Shown here piece by piece: positions 1-10,400 of a stretch of DNA of 38,826 nucleotides. Made by a program: the position numbers and the translations under genes. Origin of the DNA: a virus. Below the pieces are notes generated by a model, which was not told the DNA's origin, did not search any database, and saw nothing but the letters and a program-made list of their open reading frames with translations. Position 1 is the first letter of the stretch; each line of letters starts with the position of its first letter. The stretch lies in the UHGV virus genome UHGV-0114133; one strand, written 5' to 3'.

Positions 1-1021
<1,021 letters not shown>

Positions 1022-1160
1022 TCTACACTCGCGGCATTGGAAGCAAAGATATGGTCGTCTGGCACCTGATGCACATTGATAAGGCTATCAACCACACGCT
1101 GGAGAAGTTCTTTCCACCAGCCTGAACACAATGATTGTGCGCCTTATAGCGCCCATTAAG

Positions 1161-1178
1161 ATAGATAAGTACTTACCA
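1161..1178. promoter_or_regulatory. Palindromic operator-like site (family TAGGTAAGTACTTACCTA)
   Basis: agataagtacttacca, 16 nt upstream of start codon at 1194. Confidence 0.45.
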
Positions 1179-1193
1179 ACAAGGAGAAAACAC

Positions 1194-1469
1194 ATGAAGA
1201 CTTTGGTTCGCATTTCATCTAGTACCGACTATGACGTTTACCCGTTGTTCATGATCAAGTGCGACGGGCTGAACGATGAAGAAATTCAAGCGGCAATTGA
1301 ACGCAATCTAGTTGAATACACAGGAATGGATGCGGATTCTATTTATATCGATGATGACGGTGTTTGTTGGCACAACGGTAGCTGCTGGTACGTCGACGAC
1401 ACAATGCTGGTAAGCGATGAAGACGCGGCCCATCTTGAGCGCATTTTGGGTATCAGCACTTTTGAGTGA
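1194..1469 (+). CDS. hypothetical protein (91 aa, acidic)
   Basis: ORF with AAGGAG RBS 10 nt upstream of ATG; the track ORF from 1131 is an unsupported N-terminal extension. Confidence 0.55.
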   Translation: MKTLVRISSSTDYDVYPLFMIKCDGLNDEEIQAAIERNLVEYTGMDADSIYIDDDGVCWHNGSCWYVDDTMLVSDEDAAHLERILGISTFE

Positions 1470-1508
1470 TATTTACAGCAAAAATATATAAGTTAGCATT
1501 TACCTATC

Positions 1509-1688
1509 GTGAAAATTTTATTAGATATCACGTTACTTATTATCTCGATAGCCTTTGTGCTCGACTGCATCTTCACAGGGGCAATCCGTAAAGCGCTGGC
1601 GCCTGTTAATGATGTGATGATCAATGCGCTGGCCGTAGTACTGGTCTTCGACTCAGCATTAGGCGTTTTCAAAGGAGTCGTGGCATGA
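1509..1688 (+). CDS. small hydrophobic protein (59 aa, two predicted TM segments), GTG start
   Basis: Below track cutoff; translation VKILLDITLLIISIAFVLDCIFTG...NALAVVLVFDSALGVF; stop overlaps ATG of next gene (ATGA); no clear RBS. Confidence 0.3.
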   Translation: MKILLDITLLIISIAFVLDCIFTGAIRKALAPVNDVMINALAVVLVFDSALGVFKGVVA

Positions 1689-2020
1689 AGAAAACAGCCC
1701 TGGTACTGGCGCTGCTCACTCTCCCCGTCTTTGCGGACACACATGTCTATGAGTGCGAAATGTTTGTGGTCGAAGCGAAAAACGGCCTGATCCGCAACGT
1801 CGTTAAAGCTAATTACGGCGCGATGGTTGTGGACCGTGGCGAACAGTTTTATGTGGTACGCGATGATCGCGTCCTGTCTTCCCCGTTTCTCACTAAACGT
1901 AACGGCGAACTATCTGGCGTAGGTAAAGATAGGTTCGTTTACAACAAATCGGGTGATGTATACGGCGTTCACGCGAAGAACGACAGCTACCTTTTCGATG
2001 ACTGCAAGGAGATTAGTTGA
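1685..2020 (+). CDS. secreted protein with N-terminal signal peptide (111 aa)
   Basis: MKKTALVLALLTLPVFA signal-like N-terminus. Confidence 0.6.
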   Translation: MKKTALVLALLTLPVFADTHVYECEMFVVEAKNGLIRNVVKANYGAMVVDRGEQFYVVRDDRVLSSPFLTKRNGELSGVGKDRFVYNKSGDVYGVHAKNDSYLFDDCKEIS

Positions 2021-2232
2021 TGGCGGTTACACTGACAGGTCTGGAAATCGAAAAAACAAGCGGCTACTGGCGTGCCAAAGGGTTCAAGCAGTCCGGCGTA
2101 CTGGAACGACTGGAACGTGAAGATGGGTATATTGTCCACCAGCGACGTGAATGGCGCATGTACGATCCGGAAACAGGTAAGCTCGTAACGAAGGCCGGGA
2201 CACTCTGGGGTCTGCTGAAGAAAATCCACTGA
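2020..2232 (+). CDS. hypothetical protein (70 aa)
   Basis: ATG overlaps upstream stop (TGATG); basic small protein. Confidence 0.45.
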   Translation: MAVTLTGLEIEKTSGYWRAKGFKQSGVLERLEREDGYIVHQRREWRMYDPETGKLVTKAGTLWGLLKKIH

Positions 2233-2239
2233 TAACACT

Positions 2240-2840
2240 ATCCACTGCGGTGAGTAGCCAGCTCACCGCGTGTGAATCCGGCTCATAACCACTGTAGCGA
2301 GTAGAACACCCTTCAGGTATGCACCCCAACCACTGTAGTGAGCAAACCCTCTGCCACGATATCAACTATCCACTGTAGTGAGTAAATTGGTGATTATCGG
2401 GGTCGCTATACACTGTAGTGAGTAAACAGGCGTTCACTGACTACAAACAACCACTATAGAGAGTGATGGAATGCCCCCTCCAGCGGATATCCACTATGGA
2501 GAGTAAATCTTCGCTGTTTTAAACGGATATCCACTCACTACAGTGGATAGAGGTCAAGTCAGCCAATTCTGCTCTTCACAGTGGATAGTCAACAATGAGG
2601 AGAGCGACGATAACCGCTGTAGAGAGTAGACTTAACATGGATACCCAGTGACCGCTAACCTCTCAGCCCTTGTTTTATCTATGTTTGCAACCACTAACAT
2701 TTACTTCGCGATTTGTGCGCACTGCCTACAGTGGTTATTCTTCGGTTTCTTTTACTCACTACAGTGGATATTGCATTTCCGATAAACAAAAAGGCTCACT
2801 ACAGTGGATAGTGAGCCTTTTTACTCTCTACAGTGGTTGG
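2240..2840. repeat. Iteron array downstream of repA (incA-like copy-control locus), about 14 copies in both orientations
   Basis: Repeats of CCACTGTAGTGAGTA and variants and their reverse complements (TACTCACTACAGTGG) at irregular spacing. Confidence 0.8.
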
Positions 2841-2841
2841 G

Positions 2842-3897
2842 CTATTTGCGAGCCTTTGCCTTGCGCAGCTCTTCGAGAATCGCCAGTTCTTCCTTGCTCA
2901 ACATGACCATTTCCCCGTCTTTTTCTTCAGGAGCAACATCGATAATGTCCTCCGGATCATCACCTGGCAAGATATCTTCTGGCTCTTCAGGCGTGGCCAT
3001 AGATGGCGGCAGTGCCGAACGTAACTTCGGCCGTCTATAGTGGATGACGAAGTAGACCGAGCTGCCGCGTTTCACTTCAGTGTAATCGAGATAGCCGATC
3101 TCTCGCAGCTGCTCCATCGCCTTCCTGACTGTCGCATTCTGGGTAATGGTGCGGCTGGTTAAGTTAAGTCTGGCGCGTAAGCGAGCCAATGAGATTGGCG
3201 CCGGGTCTGGTGGCAAACTTTCAATGAAGGTGTAGAGCGCCTGCGCGGATTCCTTTCTGGAGAGTTCGTTGATGGCCCGAAGTTGCAAAAGCACCTTTTT
3301 GTCGAACTGGTAAAGTTCGAAAATCTTAGGATCGGCCTTCAGTTCGACCGTGTCATTCTTGGTACTGTACTTTGCCGTCTGCACAAGGTGCGTAACGTAA
3401 TACTCTTCAGAGCCTTTGCTGCGGAATGAGATGGTGTTTGTGGCGATACGACTTAGAGAGCTGTCCAGGCGCTTACGTAACTTCGCGGACGATCTGGCTG
3501 TTGGTATGCCACAAAGTCTGACGAACTCGACGAACGGCAACGTGACGGTGTCACCAACAACCTTGTGCTTGGCGAACGCGTGGATGATGCCCACCCATGT
3601 TTTGAAATCGTTATCCATATCAAGACGAAGACCAGCAATCCTTATATCCTCGTACCCTTCGGCTTTGGCCAGAGACAGCTGTTTGAGTTCAGCGGAGGCG
3701 TCCATAGAGACCATTTGCCCCTTTCTACCCCTGGATGTCGATTTCAGCGTCGGAACGAAGAGACCAAGACGCATCAGAGCAACAGGCTGAACTGTGTTGT
3801 TGGTGTTAGGAACTAACGTAACAACTTCGCCGGTCTTTTTGTCTGTTTCGGAAAATGCTTCGCTTATCGCAATGTTTTTATTGTCGTTTACGCTCAT
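2842..3897 (-). CDS. repA: Plasmid replication initiator RepA (iteron-binding, P1/RepFIB-like)
   Basis: 351-aa ORF flanked on both sides by iteron arrays; acidic C-terminus; organisation typical of P1-type replicons. Confidence 0.8.
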   Translation of the reverse strand: MSVNDNKNIAISEAFSETDKKTGEVVTLVPNTNNTVQPVALMRLGLFVPTLKSTSRGRKGQMVSMDASAELKQLSLAKAEGYEDIRIAGLRLDMDNDFKTWVGIIHAFAKHKVVGDTVTLPFVEFVRLCGIPTARSSAKLRKRLDSSLSRIATNTISFRSKGSEEYYVTHLVQTAKYSTKNDTVELKADPKIFELYQFDKKVLLQLRAINELSRKESAQALYTFIESLPPDPAPISLARLRARLNLTSRTITQNATVRKAMEQLREIGYLDYTEVKRGSSVYFVIHYRRPKLRSALPPSMATPEEPEDILPGDDPEDIIDVAPEEKDGEMVMLSKEELAILEELRKAKARK

Positions 3898-3940
3898 TCC
3901 AAATGTCTCTTTTTATTCGACGGCTTGGGTGCCTTTACTG

Positions 3941-4059
3941 ATTACAGTGGATAGTAGCACCCATCACAGTGGTTATCCTACCGCCTACAGCGGTTTTTCT
4001 ACTCTCCATAGTGGTTGATTTACTCTCCATAGTGGTTGTTCTTCTCACTATAGTGGATA
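3941..4059. repeat. Origin-proximal iterons (incC-like), 6 copies immediately upstream of repA
   Basis: TACTCTCCATAGTGGTTG and variants x6, same family as 2240-2840. Confidence 0.8.
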
Positions 4060-4099
4060 TCGATAACCTCTAAAGCCATGTGGCACAACGGTTTGCAGG

Positions 4100-4185
4100 G
4101 GCCGGGGATCTCTTTGGGTCTTTGTGGTTCTCTTTGGTTCTAACAGGGATCTGAATTACTGGATCGGGCCTGTGTATAAAAATCA
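4100..4185. promoter_or_regulatory. Origin-like segment A: 3 GATC sites plus DnaA-box-like TGTGTATAA
   Basis: GATC at 4107, 4148, 4162; TGTGTATAA at 4172 is one mismatch from the TGTGGATAA consensus. Confidence 0.5.
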
Positions 4186-4338
4186 GATAATTACAAAATC
4201 AGGCATCACTCCCCTTCTGGGGATAATGTGTGATCGAAATAAACACGCCGCAACGCAAAATTTACAATATTTCCAAGAATATCAGCCATCTGCCGCAGAA
4301 AAACAGGCTCGGAGTTATCCAGTTAAAACATTGTCTCC

Positions 4339-4442
4339 TACTCACTACAGTGGATACCGACTACTCTCCAGAGAGGTTGTTTTGCTCTTCATAGCGGTTA
4401 TTATGCTCTCTACAGTGGTTATTTTGCTCCCTATAGTGGATA
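4339..4442. repeat. Second iteron cluster (5 copies)
   Basis: TACTCACTACAGTGGATA, TGCTCTCTACAGTGGTTATT and similar. Confidence 0.75.
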
Positions 4443-4482
4443 GTAACCCCTTCTCAAGCCAGTAACCGCAAGCGCTGGAGAC

Positions 4483-4555
4483 GATCGGGGATCTCTTTTG
4501 ATCTTCTGTAGGATCTCTCTGGGGATCTAAATATTGGATCGGGCCTGTGAATAAA
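4483..4555. promoter_or_regulatory. Origin-like segment B: 6 GATC sites in 58 bp plus DnaA-box-like TGTGAATAA
   Basis: GATC at 4483, 4490, 4500, 4512, 4524, 4537; TGTGAATAA at 4547; resembles Dam-methylation-controlled P1 oriR. Confidence 0.6.
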
Positions 4556-4639
4556 GTGAATAAGTAAACAGGCATTTGCAAACTCCGGTGCGCCTTATCC
4601 GTTATCGTTGCCCCGGACAAAATTATTTGAACAAGAATT

Positions 4640-5284
4640 ATGGATCTTAAACGCACGCGCTGGGTTCGCCGTCTTGAAGATGGCTCCTACACCATTGAAT
4701 CAAACACTAGTCTGAACAAACAGAAGTTGCTCTGCGACCTTTGCGGCATTGCTTCGAAATGCCCGATTAACGAAACCCGGCTTAAACTCCACGACGCCGG
4801 TGCGCATTTCCACCTAAACAGCTGCATACGTTACGTGCCACTACTAGCATTTCGTAAACCGATCATCGGATTGGATGCTCCCTACTTCAACACACTGCGC
4901 TCTGGTGTCACTTGGCGAGATCGTGTCGAACCTGGCAAACTCGTTTGTCTGGTTGAAGCTGATACCGGAAATATCATCCGGTTCGGGAGAGTTGATAAGG
5001 TCTACTCAGGCCCGGTGGATGAAATGCTGCGGAAACACAGCCGATTTAACCATCTCTGCATGGGCGGAGAGAAGATTGAGAAGGTTGGCGAAGTAATTCG
5101 CAAATCTTACGGACACTTTCTGAATGATAACAGCCTTCTGACAGCCATTTACATTCGCCATGTCGATCGGGAGTTCGACACGGAGTATCACAGTGCTGAA
5201 GAGTTGAATCTTGTAGACCCTCGTCCAAAAGCTGGGGTAATAGACATCAGCAGAGCGCGTCAGAAGCCCTCAGAGACGTTTTAA
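4640..5284 (+). CDS. hypothetical protein (214 aa)
   Basis: Long ORF with protein-like composition; no recognised motif. Confidence 0.55.
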   Translation: MDLKRTRWVRRLEDGSYTIESNTSLNKQKLLCDLCGIASKCPINETRLKLHDAGAHFHLNSCIRYVPLLAFRKPIIGLDAPYFNTLRSGVTWRDRVEPGKLVCLVEADTGNIIRFGRVDKVYSGPVDEMLRKHSRFNHLCMGGEKIEKVGEVIRKSYGHFLNDNSLLTAIYIRHVDREFDTEYHSAEELNLVDPRPKAGVIDISRARQKPSETF

Positions 5285-5546
5285 AGGCAAACTCATGCTT
5301 TTTACCGGGCATAAAATATGGTGTCTTAGAAAGACACTGAGAGCTTTAGGGATTAATGCATGAGTGAATTTTATTCAAGAGCAGAAACTGTGGCCGACGG
5401 ATGCGTTTGAAGACGACGCACACAAACGCCGTAAATGTCATCTCACAACTTCACCGTCCGTTCTCCTTTTTCATTTCTTGTCATCAGTAAATGACTGCTC
5501 TCATAAAATTGCTTGTGACGTTTAGAAATCGTTGCCGCTCTATCTG

Positions 5547-5566
5547 ATAGGTATTTACTTACTTAT
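5547..5566. promoter_or_regulatory. Degenerate palindromic operator-like site
   Basis: ataggtatttacttacttat, about 115 nt upstream of the SbcD-like gene. Confidence 0.35.
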
Positions 5567-5680
5567 TTTTTTATCATTATCATGTGCCTTTATATTCTTT
5601 TGTGTGCCGTGTTGTATGAGTTGTACGCCTCTTATGCACGCTTAGAATTTGTATCAAAATAACCACAAAGGAAAAGACAC

Positions 5681-6766
5681 ATGACATTGCCATACGGGGT
5701 AATATCAGATCCCCATTATCATCGTTGGGATGCTTTTGCGACAACAAACGCTGACGGGCTTAACTCTCGGCTGGAGATCCAACTGGACGCTACGAAGGAG
5801 GCGGCCAAAGCGATGAAAGCTGCTGGCTGTAAGCACATGCTGGTAGCTGGTGATACCTTCCATGTTCGCGGTGCTATATCACCTTCCGTTCTGCATTTCG
5901 TGACCGAAACTTACGAGTGGATCATCAAAGAGTTGGGTCTCAAGGTGGTAATGCTGGCTGGCAACCACGACCTCGAAACCAACGATTCCGTATACAGCGC
6001 CAATGCAGCAGCCTCTCTGCGCTCAATCGGTGTGGAAATCGTCTGCGGCAAACGTCCTCATTCCATCAAAATGGGCGACGTAACCGTCCATCTGATTAGC
6101 TGGCGTAATAACCACGCAGAACTTATCAGCGATCTCAAAACGCTGCGTTCCGGGCTGGATGGTGACAACCATGATGTTGTTGTACATACCTCAATCAACA
6201 AAGCGATCCCCACCATGCCCGATGTCGGCATCGACGCACAGGAACTGAAAGATATCGGCTTCCGTTTATTGTTGTCCGGGCACTACCACAACCACAAAGA
6301 AGTGCTGCCTGGAGTGGTAAGTATCGGGGCGCTGACACACCAGAATTGGGGGGATGTTGGTTCACTGGCCGGCTTCATGATCGTCAAACCGGACGGCTCA
6401 TTCACTCACCACGAAACCTCGGCACCTAAATTCGTGAACCTTGAGGACGATGTAGATGACGATCAGATTCGCGGCAACTACGTGCGCTTCCGTGCCGTTG
6501 TTGAGAGCGATGAAGAAGGCATCAAACTTCAGAACGTCCTGAAAACAATGGGCGCGAAGGGTGTCGTCTGCAACTTCATTCGCAAGGCATCGATGATGGA
6601 AGGCGCTGCCAGTACTGCGGAGACCAGCAAAATTGACAGCCTGGGCGAGTCCGTTGCGGCGTACTGCAAGATCGTTCACGACACTGACGGTGGCTTCGAC
6701 CTGAGCAAGCTGGACATACTGTGTCAGGAGATCTTGACCGAAGCAGAGAGTGCGGAGGCTGTGTGA
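5681..6766 (+). CDS. SbcD/Mre11-like metallophosphoesterase nuclease
   Basis: Calcineurin-like phosphoesterase motifs: D-P-H-Y near N-terminus, GDTFH, GNHD, GHYH. Confidence 0.85.
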   Translation: MTLPYGVISDPHYHRWDAFATTNADGLNSRLEIQLDATKEAAKAMKAAGCKHMLVAGDTFHVRGAISPSVLHFVTETYEWIIKELGLKVVMLAGNHDLETNDSVYSANAAASLRSIGVEIVCGKRPHSIKMGDVTVHLISWRNNHAELISDLKTLRSGLDGDNHDVVVHTSINKAIPTMPDVGIDAQELKDIGFRLLLSGHYHNHKEVLPGVVSIGALTHQNWGDVGSLAGFMIVKPDGSFTHHETSAPKFVNLEDDVDDDQIRGNYVRFRAVVESDEEGIKLQNVLKTMGAKGVVCNFIRKASMMEGAASTAETSKIDSLGESVAAYCKIVHDTDGGFDLSKLDILCQEILTEAESAEAV

Positions 6767-6807
6767 GGCAACGTTATTATGGGAGCTTTCGAGAGTTTGC
6801 CATCGTG

Positions 6808-6999
6808 ATGAAAAAACTTCAAAAAGGCCAGACGGTTATGTTTCACAAGCCATACCCTTCAGGAGGAAATCCCGTAGCGTTTTATCTTGGAAGGCTAACC
6901 AGAAAAGGCTTATTGAATCGCAGATCCTTCCCCGCGCATACGGAGTTCAGATTGAAAGATGGTCAAAAGTTAACACACGATATCAGAGGTGTTATATGA
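6808..6999 (+). CDS. small hypothetical protein (63 aa)
   Basis: ORF between SbcD- and SbcC-like genes; stop overlaps SbcC ATG (ATGA); weak RBS. Confidence 0.3.
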   Translation: MKKLQKGQTVMFHKPYPSGGNPVAFYLGRLTRKGLLNRRSFPAHTEFRLKDGQKLTHDIRGVI

Positions 7000-8912
7000 A
7001 GTTTTTAAAGCTCCAGGTTGAAAATTTTATGGCAATCGCCAGCGCAGAAGTCGAGTTAGACCAGCGTGGACTGGTGCTGATCCAGGGTGTGAACAGTGGC
7101 GATACGTCTGCTGCCAGCAATGGCGCCGGGAAATCCACTCTGATGAATAGCTTAATGTGGTGTCTGTATGGTGAGACTGCACATGGCGTCAAAGGCGATG
7201 ACGTGCTGTCGACGGGCCATGAGAAGAACTGCCGTGTGATGGTTACAGTTGAAGACGAAGGTAAGAAATACGCGATCATTCGCCATCGTAAACACAAAGA
7301 GTTCAAGAACCGACTAATCGTCCGTGGTGAAGACGGTGATATGACCAAAGGCAAGGACACGCTGACACAGACGTTCGTAGAACGTCTGATTGGGGCATCG
7401 AAAGAGGTGTTCATGGCGTCCATCTACGCCAGTCAGGAAGCGATGCCAGATCTGCCCGGTATGTCCGACAAGAGCCTCAAAACCATCGTTGAAGAAGCTG
7501 CTGGCGTCGACCGATTGACGCGAGCCTATGCCATTGCCCGCGAGCGTGCTAATGCAGCTGCCGCACGTATGGACGTTACCAAATCCAAAATGGACGCCTG
7601 TCTCACGCTTATCGAGACTGCACAGTCAGAGATTGAGGCGGCCAAAGCGTCCTCTGAAAGCTGGGAGCGCGATCGCGGCGAGCGTCTGGACAAGGCCCGA
7701 GCCGATTTGGCTGGCGCGGAGGTAACACTGTCTGAAGTCGAGATGGAAATTCGCTCGCTGCCGGAACAGATCCGTGATACGGAAAACGCGATTGCTGGCG
7801 AACGCAGCAAGCTGGCCTCCAAAGAAGAGCATGACGCCAAACTGCTGAAGGTGCGCAGTGCTATTACTGAGATCCGCTCAAGCATCCGTACTTCAGAAGC
7901 GGCACAGAACGAGTCGATAAACCGTGCTCGCTCGTTTAAAACCAAAGCTGAAGAGGTCAGCACAAAGATCGGGGCACCCTGCATTACGTGCGGAAAGCCC
8001 TACTGCGAAGAAGATTTATCCACGGTGAAGGAGAGCTTCATTGAACAAGCGCGCAATGAGATCGGCCTTGCGCAGACATCAGCAGCGGCAGTGGCTCAAC
8101 ACAAGGCTCGTCTTGAGAAAGCGCTCGGTATCGAGTCTGCACTGGTCGCAGCCACACCCGACGTCTCAGAAATCATCTCCACAATAGAACGCCTGACCAA
8201 TGAGCTAAGTGCGCTGCGTCATCGCGAACGTGAAGTTGTGGCCGTCGAAGCGATGGTTGCGCGGGCGCGTACTGAAGTGAATCGCATCATGGCGGAAGCA
8301 AACCCATTTCTGGCCGTTATTAAGCGCCATGAAGACAACCTGGCTGCCAATAAATCTAATCATGCAGTACTTAAAAATGAGTTAAAGAGCATTCAGGAAC
8401 AGGCTCTGTTGCTGGAGAAGGCCCGCCAGGTTTACTCCCCAGCAGGCGTGCGTTCACACATCCTGACCTCCGTTACGCCTTTCCTGAACATCAGGACTGC
8501 GGAGTATCTCAACACGCTGTCGGACGGCAATATCGTTGCCGAATGGTCGACAATGGAGACAACGAAGAAAGGTGAGTATCGCGACAAATTCAATATCAGC
8601 GTAATCAAAACAGGCTCCAGCAAATCCTTCCAGACTTTGTCTGGTGGTGAGAAGCGTAAGGTACGTATTGCGTGCTCTCTGGCTTTGCAGGATCTGGTTG
8701 CCAGTCGCGCCAGTAAGAATATCGAGCTATTTATCGGTGATGAAATTGACGACGCGCTCGACACAGCCGGTCTGGAGCGTCTCATGGGGATTCTGGAAGC
8801 CAAAGCGCGTGAACGTGGCACAGTGATGATCATCTCCCACAAAGAGATGAAATCGTGGTTCCGGGAAATTATCACTGTCGAAGTTAAAGAGGGGCGCAGC
8901 TATGTCGTTTAA
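6996..8912 (+). CDS. SbcC/Rad50-like SMC-type ATPase
   Basis: Walker A GAGKST, central coiled coil with CxxC zinc hook (CITCGKPYC), signature LSGGEKRKV, Walker B FIGDEIDDALD; RBS before ATG at 6996; track extension from 6750 rejected. Confidence 0.85.
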   Translation: MKFLKLQVENFMAIASAEVELDQRGLVLIQGVNSGDTSAASNGAGKSTLMNSLMWCLYGETAHGVKGDDVLSTGHEKNCRVMVTVEDEGKKYAIIRHRKHKEFKNRLIVRGEDGDMTKGKDTLTQTFVERLIGASKEVFMASIYASQEAMPDLPGMSDKSLKTIVEEAAGVDRLTRAYAIARERANAAAARMDVTKSKMDACLTLIETAQSEIEAAKASSESWERDRGERLDKARADLAGAEVTLSEVEMEIRSLPEQIRDTENAIAGERSKLASKEEHDAKLLKVRSAITEIRSSIRTSEAAQNESINRARSFKTKAEEVSTKIGAPCITCGKPYCEEDLSTVKESFIEQARNEIGLAQTSAAAVAQHKARLEKALGIESALVAATPDVSEIISTIERLTNELSALRHREREVVAVEAMVARARTEVNRIMAEANPFLAVIKRHEDNLAANKSNHAVLKNELKSIQEQALLLEKARQVYSPAGVRSHILTSVTPFLNIRTAEYLNTLSDGNIVAEWSTMETTKKGEYRDKFNISVIKTGSSKSFQTLSGGEKRKVRIACSLALQDLVASRASKNIELFIGDEIDDALDTAGLERLMGILEAKARERGTVMIISHKEMKSWFREIITVEVKEGRSYVV

Positions 8913-9648
8913 CTTGAGCCGCACGCAGTTTTTGCAGATGTTTGCCGTGATGCAGTCTATAAAGCTGATAAACAACCATACAGCAAAAGTAACTCCGCCT
9001 GCACTTTTGTGGAAAAACGTAAACATCAGCGACGACCAGTTCTCGGTATTAACCAATCTATTGTCATCGACTCCTTTGATGCCGAGCTTGGCTAATCTGC
9101 CGTCAGGAAGCACTGCGCCGATCCTTATTAATCCATTTACGGAAGGTGGATATCTCCCACATTCTGGGCCGGGGTTCGTTGTGATTCCTGAAACCGGAAC
9201 GCTGAACATCCAAGAAAATGCACTCTTCAATGCAATGGAGACGCACATCAGCACCGCATTCACTAATCTGATTCGACACGCTAACGCACGCGCGGATCAC
9301 GTTGCAATGCCGGGTGCTGCCTTCGCCAGCTTCTCTGTTGACTATGACCGGCACGCGCCAATTTCAGAACGGGCGAAACTTTGTTTTTACGAGGAAGGAG
9401 GCGAAGTAGCGATTATTGAAGTTCTCCTCCCCCACGTATTCAACGCGAATGAAAAGGCTGCGTGCCAACTTATTGACATCATGCGGCATTTCATCGGCCA
9501 GAGCATGATTGATGCAGATATTGCTGCAGGCGTTCTGAGCAACGATGGCATTCACGTAGTTAACGACATTCCGAAGCCGCCAACTCGAGAGCCGGAAAAG
9601 ACACTTGAACAGAAACTAATGGAATGCCCAACCTGGGCTACGTGGTAA
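8902..9648 (+). CDS. hypothetical protein (248 aa), translationally coupled to SbcC-like gene
   Basis: ATG overlaps SbcC stop; no recognised motif. Confidence 0.6.
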   Translation: MSFNLSRTQFLQMFAVMQSIKLINNHTAKVTPPALLWKNVNISDDQFSVLTNLLSSTPLMPSLANLPSGSTAPILINPFTEGGYLPHSGPGFVVIPETGTLNIQENALFNAMETHISTAFTNLIRHANARADHVAMPGAAFASFSVDYDRHAPISERAKLCFYEEGGEVAIIEVLLPHVFNANEKAACQLIDIMRHFIGQSMIDADIAAGVLSNDGIHVVNDIPKPPTREPEKTLEQKLMECPTWATW

Positions 9649-9659
9649 GGAGACCAAAA

Positions 9660-10400
9660 GTGAGAGGAAGAGCGACAAAATTAAGAAAAGATGCGAAACC
9701 TATCAATCCCGACGATTTCGACGGAAATTTCATTAGAGAGTTGGAGCCAATATTTGATTCAAGGGGGCGTAAGCGCCGAATTGTTGAGCTTGAATGCTTT
9801 ATCTGCGGTCATCGATTCTCTGCAAACCTTGAGAACGCGAAGCGAGTCAGACAGAAGACCTGCTCAAACAAATGTGCCGGAATATATCGCCAGAACGCAG
9901 AATATAAAGTCATGGAAAACCCTCTGTACTGGACTTGGGCAAGTATGAAGGCGCGTTGTAACAATCCAAATCGGGCAAGATACGAAAAGTATGGTGGACG
10001 GGGAATATCTTACGCCACCGGGTTCGAGGATTTTGATAATTTTTACAGGTATGTTTCCGTACTTGAGGGCTATCCGTTTTCCGATACGGAGAGAGTTGTA
10101 GAGGGGGTTACGCTTGATCGCATCGACTCCAGCAAGGGATATGAACCAGGGAATCTGAGGTGGGCTGACAAGCACGTCCAGAGTGCAAATAAACAAGGGA
10201 AAGTGGATGGTAGTACGTCGAAGTTTACTGGCGTTCATTACTGCAAAACGAACAAGGTTTGGGTTGCTAGAGTTGTGTGGAAAGGAGAGTGTGTCTTCTT
10301 GTATCAATGTCACGATGAATTGGAGGCTTACTTAGCGCGTAAGCGATTTATCGAAGAGCACAATCTACCGCATTTTGTTGAAATGGAGGTCACAGAGTGA
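9660..10400 (+). CDS. HNH homing-type endonuclease with zinc ribbon and C-terminal AP2-like DNA-binding domain
   Basis: CxxC...CxxC ribbon, YGGRGI motif, TLDRIDSSKGYEPGNLRWADKHVQSANK, then AP2-like FTGVHYCKTNKVWVARV; AAGGAG RBS before GTG 9660 (alternative ATG at 9624). Confidence 0.7.
   Translation: MRGRATKLRKDAKPINPDDFDGNFIRELEPIFDSRGRKRRIVELECFICGHRFSANLENAKRVRQKTCSNKCAGIYRQNAEYKVMENPLYWTWASMKARCNNPNRARYEKYGGRGISYATGFEDFDNFYRYVSVLEGYPFSDTERVVEGVTLDRIDSSKGYEPGNLRWADKHVQSANKQGKVDGSTSKFTGVHYCKTNKVWVARVVWKGECVFLYQCHDELEAYLARKRFIEEHNLPHFVEMEVTE

Noticed and set aside
2240-4442. Possible CRISPR array suggested by many short repeats
   Set aside because: The repeats are about 15-19-bp iterons in both orientations with irregular spacing, flanking a repA gene; there is no regular repeat-spacer periodicity and no cas genes.
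4124-4465. 113-aa ORF in the origin region
   Set aside because: Spans the GATC cluster and iterons of the origin; its composition is repeat-driven and it has no RBS.
6750-6995. N-terminal 82-aa extension of the SbcC-like ORF in the track
   Set aside because: A good RBS and ATG at 6996 start the conserved Walker A region; the upstream extension is in the intergenic gap and overlaps a better-supported small ORF in another frame.
7526-7984. 152-aa minus-strand ORF
   Set aside because: Antisense within the SbcC-like coiled-coil region; Ala/Ser-rich low complexity typical of a shadow frame.
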